DNA of 15,414 nucleotides from Meiothermus sp. (lineage in GTDB: Bacteria; Deinococcota; Deinococci; Deinococcales; Thermaceae), in contig JANRLD010000040.1 in NCBI GenBank assembly GCA_033762915.1, positions 1 to 15,414 on the forward strand. The letters run 5' to 3'. Numbering within the stretch: position 1 is the first letter of the stretch; each line of letters begins with the position of its first letter. This document shows, one piece after another, positions 7,278 to 15,268 of this stretch. Both the position numbers and the translations under genes were made by a program. Under the pieces are notes generated by a model that did not search any database, was not told where the DNA came from, and worked only from the letters and a program-made list of their open reading frames with translations.

Positions 7278-8105
7278 GCTTACCGTTTCGAGGTTACCCG
7301 GCATCAGCGGTCGCTGAGGGGGCTCACTTCCGGGCTGCGGGTCGCCCACCTCTCCGACCTTCACATAGGCTTCTGGATACAGTCAGGCTCGGTCCGGCGC
7401 TGGGTCGAGGCAGCCAATGCCGCCGAGCCGGATTTGGTAGTGATCACCGGAGACCTTACCGACTCCGCCCGGCACCATCAAGTAGCGCCGCACTTGACCG
7501 AGCTGGCGGGTTTGCGCTCCAGGCTGGGGACCTTTGCGGTCTGGGGAAACCACGACTACCGCTATAACGGGTACCAGGCGCAGTCGCCGTCGGCCGCGCC
7601 ACAGAACAACTGGCTGCGAGAAGCCCTGGGCGGCCCACCCAAGGTGCCGATGCATCCGCCCCTCGAGTTGGCCGGGCTGCTCGAGCAAAATGGCGTGCGG
7701 CTTTTGGTCAACGAGGGCGTGCAAGTGCGCCCTGACCTCTACCTAGCGGGCGTGGACGACCACTGGCACGGCGAGCCGGACGTGGAAAAAGCGATTACCG
7801 CAAGAGCCGACAACTCGGCGACGCTGCTCATCGCACACAACCCCGATTTTCTATACAAAGTTCCCACCGCAGTCGACCTCACACTCTGCGGCCACACCCA
7901 CGGCGGGCAGTTCAAGTTTCCCGGCTATGGCGCGGCTTTCACGTCCTCGGAGTACGGCCAGAAGTTCGCCGAAGGCTGGGTCGAAGAGCCCGCTCCAGGA
8001 TTCATCTCACGGGGTCTGGGGGTCTCGATGGTGCCGTTTCGGCTAAGTTGTGTGGCCGAGTTGGCAATTCACGAGTTCTCCCCTCAAACCCTCTCACAGT
8101 ATTAA
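7269..8105 (+). CDS. Calcineurin-like metallophosphoesterase (YkuE/YaeI-like)
   Basis: All metal-site motifs are present: SDLH, ITGD, GNHD, AHNP, GHTHGGQ and SRGLG. An in-frame TAA at 7257 limits the N-terminus. Confidence 0.9.
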   Translation: MLFAYRFEVTRHQRSLRGLTSGLRVAHLSDLHIGFWIQSGSVRRWVEAANAAEPDLVVITGDLTDSARHHQVAPHLTELAGLRSRLGTFAVWGNHDYRYNGYQAQSPSAAPQNNWLREALGGPPKVPMHPPLELAGLLEQNGVRLLVNEGVQVRPDLYLAGVDDHWHGEPDVEKAITARADNSATLLIAHNPDFLYKVPTAVDLTLCGHTHGGQFKFPGYGAAFTSSEYGQKFAEGWVEEPAPGFISRGLGVSMVPFRLSCVAELAIHEFSPQTLSQY

Positions 8106-8323
8106 TGGGGCCAAGGCACCGCTAACCTTAAAACAACTACGGGGCTCCCTCGTTGATGCACTGCAGTCTGAGAGTCGGGCAGGTGGTTTGCGCCGTCCCT
8201 CAGCGGTCGAGATTTGGTTCTCAAAAGTCGTGGTCTATACCAGCCGCTCTTCGCTGAGCCAGGTGGGCAAGCAACTCGCCAGGAAGCCCTCCAGAGGGTG
8301 CCCCACCGCCGAAACCTGCGGGA

Positions 8324-9115
8324 TCATCTCCCCTTAAACACCGGCTTGCGTTTTTCGATGAAGGCGTCGATGCCCTCGAGCGCGTCCTCGGCCAGCATGT
8401 TGCAGGCCATGGCCTCGGCGGCCTGGTCGTAGGCGGCCGCGAGTCCGGCCTCGAGCTGGCCGTAGAACAGGCGCTTGCCGGTCTCCACCGCCACCCGGCT
8501 CTTGGCCACGATGGCCTCGCAAAGTGCCGCCACCTCGGCATCGAGCCGCACCGGTGGGACCACCCGGTTCACCAGACCGCGCCGCATGGCCTCCTCGGCA
8601 TCGATGAAGGCCCCAGTGAAGAGCATCTCGAAGGCCTGCTTGCGACCCAGGTTCCTCGAGACTGCCACCCCCGGAGTAGAGCAGAACAGCCCGTAGTTGA
8701 TGCCCGAAGTGGCGAAAGTAGCGTTCTCCGAGGCGACTGCCAGGTCGCACTGGGCCACCAGCTGACAGCCTGCAGCGGTGGCGATGCCGTGAACCCGGGC
8801 GATGACTGGCTGGGGGATGCGGGTCAGGGTCAGCATGACCCGACTACACTGATCGAACAGGTCGCGCTGCCACTCCTTGGTGGGGTGGGCCCGCATCTCC
8901 TTTAGGTTGTGCCCGGCGCAGAAGGCCTTGCCCGCCGCGGCGAGGACAACCACTCGAGCCGTCTCGTCCTGCCCGACCTCGTCCAGCGCGGCTTGAAGCG
9001 CCGAAAGCATCTCGCTGCTGAGGGCGTTGAACTGTCCCGGCCGGTTGAGCGTCAGCGTAACCACGCCTCCGCTCTGCTCTTTAAGCACGAAGGGTTCTAC
9101 GGTAGTTTCGGTCAT
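8324..9115 (-). CDS. Enoyl-CoA hydratase/crotonase superfamily protein (ECHDC3-like subfamily)
   Basis: 'TLTLNRP...NALS', 'AFCAGHNL', 'PVIARVHGIATAAGCQLVAQCD', 'GLFCSTP' and 'EGIDAFIEKRKPVF'. AAGGAG SD; 54 nt downstream of the acyl-CoA synthetase. Confidence 0.92.
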   Translation of the reverse strand: MTETTVEPFVLKEQSGGVVTLTLNRPGQFNALSSEMLSALQAALDEVGQDETARVVVLAAAGKAFCAGHNLKEMRAHPTKEWQRDLFDQCSRVMLTLTRIPQPVIARVHGIATAAGCQLVAQCDLAVASENATFATSGINYGLFCSTPGVAVSRNLGRKQAFEMLFTGAFIDAEEAMRRGLVNRVVPPVRLDAEVAALCEAIVAKSRVAVETGKRLFYGQLEAGLAAAYDQAAEAMACNMLAEDALEGIDAFIEKRKPVFKGR

Positions 9116-9169
9116 GACTAACTCCTTAGGGGATGGATTTTGTCCTGTGCTTTCTACCCTCCGCCCGCC

Positions 9170-10798
9170 TCACTCAATCGCACTCGCCGACTTTGATTGC
9201 TCCCTCAGCACAAACTTTTGGATCTTGCCGGTGGAAGTTTTGGGCAGTGGGCCGAAAATGACGGCCTTTGGAACCTTAAAACGGGCCAGGTGAGCGTAAC
9301 AGTGCTCGATGATCTCCCGCTCGCCGACCTGCGCGCCCTCTTTTAGCTCCACGTAGGCGCAGGGGACTTCGCCCCACTTGGGGTCGGGCTGGGCCACCAC
9401 GGCGGCCAATAGAACGGCGGGGTGCTTACAGATAGCGTCCTCGACCTCGAGGCTGCTGATGTTCTCGCCACCGGAGATGATCACGTCCTTGGCCCGGTCA
9501 CGGATCTTGGCGTAGCCGTCGGGGTGCAGCACAGCCAAGTCACCGGAGTGAAACCAGCCGCCCGCAAACGCCTGCTGGGTGGCCTTCTCGTTTTTTAAGT
9601 AGCCCTTCATGGTGATGTTGCCCCTGAACATGATCTCGCCGATGGTCTGGCCGTCGGCGGGTACCTGTTTCATGGTCACAGGGTCCATCACGGTCATGCC
9701 CTCCTGCAGGATGTAGCGCACCCCCTGTCGCCCATTGCGCTCGGCCTTAGCGTCGACGTCCAGCGCGTCCCAGTCCTCGTGCTTGGCGCAAACCGCAGCC
9801 GGGCCGTAGGTCTCGGTGAGGCCGTAGACGTGGGTCAGGTCAACCCCCATCCGCTCCATGCCCGCAATCATGGCGGTGGGCGGGGCGGCCCCCGCCACCA
9901 GGGCACTAACCTTGCCGAGGCCCTCCCGCCACTCGGCTGGCGCGTTGATCAGGGTGGTGTGCACAATGGGGGCACCGCAGTAGTGCGTCACCTGATGGTC
10001 GCGCATGAGGGTGAATATGGTTTTGGGCTCAACCTTGCGCAGGCACACGTTGGTGCCTGCCACCGCCGCCATCGTCCAGGGAAAGCACCAGCCGTTGCAG
10101 TGAAACATCGGCAGCGTCCAGAGGTAGGTGGCGTGGCGCGGCATCTGCCAGCTGATGACATTGGCCAGGGCGTTCAGATAGGCGCCCCGGTGGTGGTAGA
10201 CCACACCCTTAGGGTTGCCGGTGGTGCCGCTGGTGTAGTTGAGGCTGATGGCGTCCCACTCATTGTCTGGCAGCTGCCAGACAAAACCGGGGTCGCCGGT
10301 CTCGAGCAATTCCTCATAGGTCATCTGCCCCAGACGAACGTCGTCCACAAATTCCGGATCGAGCGCGTCTATCACTACGGGCTTATGCTCGAGCTTCTCG
10401 AGCGCCGCCCGGACAGTGGTCGCGAACTCGGGGTCGGTGATGAGTACCTTGGCCTCTCCGTGCCCAAGGATGAACGCGACGGTCTCGGCGTCAAGGCGCA
10501 CGTTAATGGTATTGAGTACAGCCCCGATCATCGGGACCCCAAAGTGACACTCGTACATGGCAGGGGTGTTGGGCAGCATCACTGCCACGGTCTCGTTCTT
10601 GCCCACACCGAGCTTCTGCAGGGCCGAGGCCAGGCGCCTCGAGCGCCGGTATACCTCCGCCCAACTATGGCTACGGCTGCCGTGAATCACTGCCGTCCGG
10701 TTCGGGTATACCTCCGCCGACCAGGCGATCAGCGAGAGCGGGGTAAGCGGGGCGTAGTTGGCGGGGTTTTGCTCCAGTCCTACCGTGTACGGGTTCAT
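9170..10798 (-). CDS. Acyl-CoA synthetase / AMP-dependent CoA ligase (short/medium-chain type)
   Basis: AMP-binding motifs YTSGTTGNPKGV, YGLTETYGP, WFHSGD, DRAKDVIISGGENISS and PKTSTGKIQK. ATG 10798 preferred (GAGGT SD); GTG 10804 is the alternative start. Confidence 0.93.
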   Translation of the reverse strand: MNPYTVGLEQNPANYAPLTPLSLIAWSAEVYPNRTAVIHGSRSHSWAEVYRRSRRLASALQKLGVGKNETVAVMLPNTPAMYECHFGVPMIGAVLNTINVRLDAETVAFILGHGEAKVLITDPEFATTVRAALEKLEHKPVVIDALDPEFVDDVRLGQMTYEELLETGDPGFVWQLPDNEWDAISLNYTSGTTGNPKGVVYHHRGAYLNALANVISWQMPRHATYLWTLPMFHCNGWCFPWTMAAVAGTNVCLRKVEPKTIFTLMRDHQVTHYCGAPIVHTTLINAPAEWREGLGKVSALVAGAAPPTAMIAGMERMGVDLTHVYGLTETYGPAAVCAKHEDWDALDVDAKAERNGRQGVRYILQEGMTVMDPVTMKQVPADGQTIGEIMFRGNITMKGYLKNEKATQQAFAGGWFHSGDLAVLHPDGYAKIRDRAKDVIISGGENISSLEVEDAICKHPAVLLAAVVAQPDPKWGEVPCAYVELKEGAQVGEREIIEHCYAHLARFKVPKAVIFGPLPKTSTGKIQKFVLREQSKSASAIE

Positions 10799-11112
10799 GG
10801 GCACCTCGAGCGCAAATGCCAGCGTTGATGAGCGTAATTTACATCGTTCTGGGTATAAGGTTGAAAGACGGTTGCTTTAGTCCGCGACCATTTCGTCCCC
10901 CCAACAACTTACCGACACACAACCGTTCCATGGGAGGTTTACTCTGACCCTAAACTTTCGGCCAAAGGCACGGGATCCTGTCAGAGCGCAAGCTGGCGGC
11001 TCTCGCCCGGTTATTGCATCTTGGCTTCGACCGCTCCCGTCGACTTGGAACGCACAGCCTTGAGAAAGCAGGCACTACTGTACATGTTCCAATTGCCACC
11101 TGAGCTACGTTC

Positions 11113-11126
11113 TTGATCTACATCAA
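11113..11126. promoter_or_regulatory. FNR/DNR-type (CRP-FNR family) binding site TTGAT-ctac-ATCAA
   Basis: Perfect match to the TTGAT-N4-ATCAA consensus in intergenic DNA, centred 46.5 nt upstream of the vWA start codon. Confidence 0.6.
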
Positions 11127-11165
11127 ATCTGCACACTGTGAGGGTAGGGTCAAACTGGGGGGCGT

Positions 11166-12122
11166 ATGGGTTTTGAAAATCCCGTGGCATTGGTGCTGGT
11201 GCTGGCGGTTCCGCTGTTGTTATGGCTGTATCGCCGAAGGGTGAACACGGGGCAGGCCAGCGGCTTTGCCCTGTTCAGCAACCTTGGGGCGCTGCGTGGG
11301 CTGGAACGTGGCCGCGCCCGCCGCAACTGGGGCATCGGATTGTACGCGGTCGCGATCGTGTTGGCGGTGTTCGCACTGGCACGCCCCCAGGCCGTCATCC
11401 CCGCCCCCGACAATCTGGCCGCGGTCATGCTATCCATAGACATCAGCCGATCGATGCGGGCCATCGACATTGAGCCGGATCGGTTCACGGCGGCCAAGGA
11501 GGCCGCCAAAAGGTTTATTCGCAACTTGCCCGAAGGGGCCAAGGTAGGGCTGGTCAGCTTTGCGGGGTACGCCACCCTCGAGGTCGAGCCCACCGACAAC
11601 CACCAGCGGGTACTCGATCAGATCGACCTGTTCGAGATGGCTCGAGGCACCGCCATCGGGGAGGGGCTGATGGAGAGCCTCAAGGCCTTGCCCACCGACG
11701 CGAACGGCAAGGTGCTGAGCGCCTCCACCGTGGTGCTGCTCTCCGACGGGCGCTCCAACCGGGGCATCGACCCCCTCGAGGCGGTGAAGGAGGCCAAAAA
11801 GATGGGGGTGGTCGTCCACACTATCGGGCTAGGACGTAAGCTCGACAGCGGAGTGCCCGGCTCCCCCGACACTGGTTTTGGCAACTTCAACAACTTCATG
11901 GCCTTCGACGAGGAGACCCTGCGGACCATCGCCGACTCTACTGGGGGCCAGTACTACGCCGCCGAGTCGGCCAAGGCCCTCGACGAGGCCTATCGGCGGC
12001 TAAACCGGGTGGTGGCCTGGAAGCCCACCCGCACCGAAGTCAGCAGCCTGGCCGCCCTGGCCGCAGGCATGCTGCTGTTCTCGAGTCTGCTGCTCACTAC
12101 CCTTCAGCGCCGGGTAATCTAG
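11166..12122 (+). CDS. BatA-like von Willebrand factor A domain membrane protein
   Basis: N-terminal 'MGFENP..L..L..P' BatA-type hydrophobic region ending in 'ALARP', complete MIDAS (DISRS, GTAIG, LLSDG), and a C-terminal TM helix ending 'RRVI'. Confidence 0.9.
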   Translation: MGFENPVALVLVLAVPLLLWLYRRRVNTGQASGFALFSNLGALRGLERGRARRNWGIGLYAVAIVLAVFALARPQAVIPAPDNLAAVMLSIDISRSMRAIDIEPDRFTAAKEAAKRFIRNLPEGAKVGLVSFAGYATLEVEPTDNHQRVLDQIDLFEMARGTAIGEGLMESLKALPTDANGKVLSASTVVLLSDGRSNRGIDPLEAVKEAKKMGVVVHTIGLGRKLDSGVPGSPDTGFGNFNNFMAFDEETLRTIADSTGGQYYAAESAKALDEAYRRLNRVVAWKPTRTEVSSLAALAAGMLLFSSLLLTTLQRRVI

Positions 12123-12420
12123 TGCGGGGTGAAGAACCTGGTTTTGCTAGCCCCTCGAGGTGGGCCAAAGCACAAGGTCTGAAACCTGGCACTATTGGCG
12201 AATATCCAACCCCACCCGGACATCCACCAGAAAAAACCCGCGAGGAAGCTTTTTTGCACATACAACTGGAGCGGTATCTCTGGCTCTCCAGCATGCCCTA
12301 CCGTCGTCCACAAACCTCAAGGGCGGCATATGGCACATACTCATTAGTCAGATTTGCCTTCAGTTCATTTGACCCCTCCCAAATCTCCCAGGCCGTTTAA
12401 GCTCGTGGTTGGAGGTCAAA

Positions 12421-12795
12421 ATGAAGCTGATGATGTCCGCTGTACTGGTTATGTGGGGTTGGGGTTTGGCGGCCGGGTGTGACAACCCCAGCTCGGACTT
12501 CGACTACGTCTACTGCGCCACCCAGCTCTTCGTTCAGGCTGACAAGGACCTCAACACCGCTTACCAGGAATTGCGCGGCAAGCTCAACCCGGCCGGAGTG
12601 GCGCTGCTGCGTACCGGCCAGCTGGCCTGGATCCGAGAGCGCAACACCAGTTGCACCCGCCGCGACGACAGCGGTCGAACCACCAACCTCGACTGTGCCG
12701 TGGCCATGACCCAGGCCCGAACCGCCTTCCTAAAGGCCCGCATCCGCGAATGCAACAGCACCGGCTGCGTTAATAGCAGGCTGCGAGAGCCCTAA
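12421..12795 (+). CDS. Secreted LprI/DUF1311 (lysozyme inhibitor-like) family protein
   Basis: GGAGGT SD 4 nt before ATG 12421, signal peptide, 'C......ADKDLNTAYQEL...L...QLAWI..R...C...C....T..R...L' pattern, and six Cys. Confidence 0.85.
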   Translation: MKLMMSAVLVMWGWGLAAGCDNPSSDFDYVYCATQLFVQADKDLNTAYQELRGKLNPAGVALLRTGQLAWIRERNTSCTRRDDSGRTTNLDCAVAMTQARTAFLKARIRECNSTGCVNSRLREP

Positions 12796-13010
12796 AGCAG
12801 TTTCCACACCTACTCATCGCGCTTTCTACCAATGTTTCCTTCTAGACGGCAGGTGATGTACTCCCTACAGCAAAAACCGCCCGCTTTAGCGCCGTAGGGA
12901 GCATGGATGGGAACCCCTCTCAAAGCGACGGTGTTTGCCTCGAGTACCCTGAGGGGGGCGTCCTGGCCCTGGGCTTTAACCCTCTGGGTCTCCTCGCTGA
13001 TCTGCTCCCC

Positions 13011-13019
13011 TGCTAGACT
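13011..13019 (+). promoter_or_regulatory. Extended -10 (TGc-TAGACT) leaderless promoter of folC
   Basis: TGnTANNNT ending 6 nt before GTG 13026. The upstream sequence is pyrimidine-rich with no SD. Confidence 0.65.
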
Positions 13020-13025
13020 CTCTTT

Positions 13026-14201
13026 GTGACCTATCACGAGGCGCTCGAGTGGCTGTTTGCCCAGACCCGCGCGGGAGCGCCGCGGGGTCTGGCGCGGATC
13101 GAGGAGTTGCTCGAACGCCTCGGCAACCCGCAGGAGCTATTCGACGCCGTCCATGTCATCGGCACCAACGGCAAAGGCGGGGTGGTGGCCTACCTCGAGG
13201 CCGCCTTCCATGCTGCTGGGCTGCGCTACGGGGCTACCACAAGTCCGCACCTGGTGGACTTTCGTGAGCGCATCCGAACCCACCTTGGACAGGTTTCCGA
13301 GTCCGAGGTAGTGGAATTTGTGGAGTGGGCGCGGGGGCAGACTTTCCGAGAGCCGATGGCCTTTTTCGACTACACCACCGGGCTGGCCTTCCGGCATTTC
13401 GCGCAGCTCGAGGTCGAAATCAGCGCCATCGAGGCCGGGGTTGGCGGCGTTCTGGACGATACCAACGTGTTGCCCAGGGTCCGCCTGACGGTGCTGACCA
13501 GCGTGGGCGAGGACCACCTCGAGGTGCTCGGCGGGAACGTGGAGACGGTGGCGCTGGACAAGGCCGGGGCCATTCGGCCGGGCATCCCAGTAGTTTCGGG
13601 CTTCGAGGGGATCGGGCAAACCATCGTGCGGCGAATTGCCGCCGAGCGTGGAGCGCCGCTCTACGAGCCGGGCATGGGCCTACCCCTTTTCGACCTGCCT
13701 TGCGAACCCAGCCTGAAGGGGCGCTTCCAGCGGCGCAATGCGCAACTGGCAACCGCGGCGCTGCGGCTGCTCGAGTTCAGCGAGACCGAGATCAGACAGG
13801 GCCTGACCCAGGCGGTTCACCCGGGGCGGATGCACGAACTCGTGCTTGGGGGCGTACGGGTGGTACTCGACGGCGCACACAACCCCCCTGCGGCGCGCGC
13901 GCTGTCTGAGGAGTTCTCTGAGTATCACCTGGTGTACGGTGGCTTTCCGCGCAAGGACTACCGCAGCGTACTGGGGATACTGCTGCCCAAGGCTCGAAGT
14001 GTGCGCTACGCTCGAGCGGGCAAGGGGGCGCTCAAGGCCGAGGCGTTGCAGTCCGAGTTCGAGGCCCCATTTTTCGACCAACCGACAGAGGCCCTCGAGC
14101 AGGCCATCGATGCAGCCCAGAAAGACGGAATACCGGTATTGGTCACCGGCTCGCTGTACTTGGTGGGAGAGGTTCTAAAGTCACTGCCCCCCGGCGGCTA
14201 G
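13026..14201 (+). CDS. folC: Folylpolyglutamate synthase / dihydrofolate synthase
   Basis: 'VHVIGTNGKG', 'TSPHLVDFRERI', 'EAGVGG..D.TN', 'HPGR', 'LDGAHNPPAA' and 'VTGSLYLVGEV'. Confidence 0.95.
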   Translation: MTYHEALEWLFAQTRAGAPRGLARIEELLERLGNPQELFDAVHVIGTNGKGGVVAYLEAAFHAAGLRYGATTSPHLVDFRERIRTHLGQVSESEVVEFVEWARGQTFREPMAFFDYTTGLAFRHFAQLEVEISAIEAGVGGVLDDTNVLPRVRLTVLTSVGEDHLEVLGGNVETVALDKAGAIRPGIPVVSGFEGIGQTIVRRIAAERGAPLYEPGMGLPLFDLPCEPSLKGRFQRRNAQLATAALRLLEFSETEIRQGLTQAVHPGRMHELVLGGVRVVLDGAHNPPAARALSEEFSEYHLVYGGFPRKDYRSVLGILLPKARSVRYARAGKGALKAEALQSEFEAPFFDQPTEALEQAIDAAQKDGIPVLVTGSLYLVGEVLKSLPPGG

Positions 14202-14204
14202 ACT
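14199..14204 (+). promoter_or_regulatory. Putative -10 (TAGACT) overlapping the folC stop codon, for the CPBP gene
   Basis: Same hexamer as upstream of folC, 7 nt before ATG 14212, with no clear SD. Confidence 0.45.
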
Positions 14205-14211
14205 GGGCCCT

Positions 14212-14778
14212 ATGGGCCTTCCCATCTTCACGGTCTTTCTGGCCCTGCAACTGTTGCTGCTGGCGGTAGGCGCGACCTGGATGACCATCGCCGGCTACCC
14301 CTTCCTCAAAGAGCCCAACCCGCTGCGCGACACCGTTGCCCTGGCGGCGCTACTGGGCTGCTTGTGGGGACTCGAGCAGGTCTTTTCAAGGCTGTTTCCG
14401 CGCAGTTTCAGGGCTACCGAGGCCCTGCACAGCCAGATCGGAAGTTTGATGCGGGCGCAGGGGATGACCCACCACCAGGCCCTGATACTGGCACTGGCCA
14501 GCGGACTGGGCGAGGAGGTACTGTTTCGCGGGGCCATACAGAATGCACTGTTCGGAGGCTGGATCGGGGTGGGGCTGCAGGCGTTGGTGTTTGCCGCCCT
14601 CCACCCCACGGCCGACCGAAAAGCCTGGGTGTACCCGGTTTACGTGTTCTGCGCGGGTCTGCTTTTCGGGGCGACCTACCTGCTTACTGGAAGCCTGGTG
14701 GCGGGGGTTCTGGCCCATTACATCAACAATGCCAGGGGGTTTTATCAGCTCCTGGAAGAGCAGCGAGCCCGACGATAA
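14212..14778 (+). CDS. CPBP (CAAX protease/Abi) family intramembrane glutamic endopeptidase
   Basis: Multiple TM segments with motifs EEVLFRG, FAALH and AHYINN. Confidence 0.9.
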   Translation: MGLPIFTVFLALQLLLLAVGATWMTIAGYPFLKEPNPLRDTVALAALLGCLWGLEQVFSRLFPRSFRATEALHSQIGSLMRAQGMTHHQALILALASGLGEEVLFRGAIQNALFGGWIGVGLQALVFAALHPTADRKAWVYPVYVFCAGLLFGATYLLTGSLVAGVLAHYINNARGFYQLLEEQRARR

Positions 14779-15268
14779 AATCCGCCAAAGCCCAAGATGG
14801 ATTTTAGTTGCCTGGAAAAACCTTGAGGCTGAAACTTACCACTGCTTGCGTTTCGGAAGGGCCGCCATCGGCTCGAGAACCATTAACTCGACCTTGCACT
14901 TGCAACTGGGGTTGGGCACAGATTCTATGGAATCTGGTCGGACTCGAGGGCAGCTAACCCACAAGGGGCAACTTGCCCCGGATGTTCGGAGGAGCACAAA
15001 AAATCTGGATGTTCAACCCTACTAAGTCCGCTCGGCTATCTTTAGCTAGGAACTTCTCAAATCTCTTTATCAAACATTTTTTGATACTTGAAATATAATG
15101 TAAGGCATAGTAAAGTTTTTTATCGAATGAGTCTATAGTTTAAAGCTTTTTCCTTAAGGACGTAAGCCATCGTGCCGCCAGCGTCAAATGGGACGTCGGG
15201 GCCGGGGCAGGAGGTTAGTCCTCCGCGATATGTTGGAGCTGTGCCAGACACCTATGTGGGAGGGAAGT

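Noticed and set aside
9779..10828. 349-aa plus-strand ORF
   Set aside because: Antisense shadow of the acyl-CoA synthetase, as expected in GC-rich coding DNA; no recognisable motifs.
12421..12480. Lipoprotein call for the LprI-family protein (LAAGC)
   Set aside because: The -3 residue is Ala (non-canonical lipobox), and this Cys probably belongs to the family's disulfide pattern.
12796..13025. Possible THF riboswitch upstream of folC
   Set aside because: THF aptamer consensus not found, and folC appears to be leaderless.
15155..15260. Possible c-di-GMP-I riboswitch (contains GGGACG)
   Set aside because: Lacks the GCAAA/GNRA tetraloop-receptor elements of the family.
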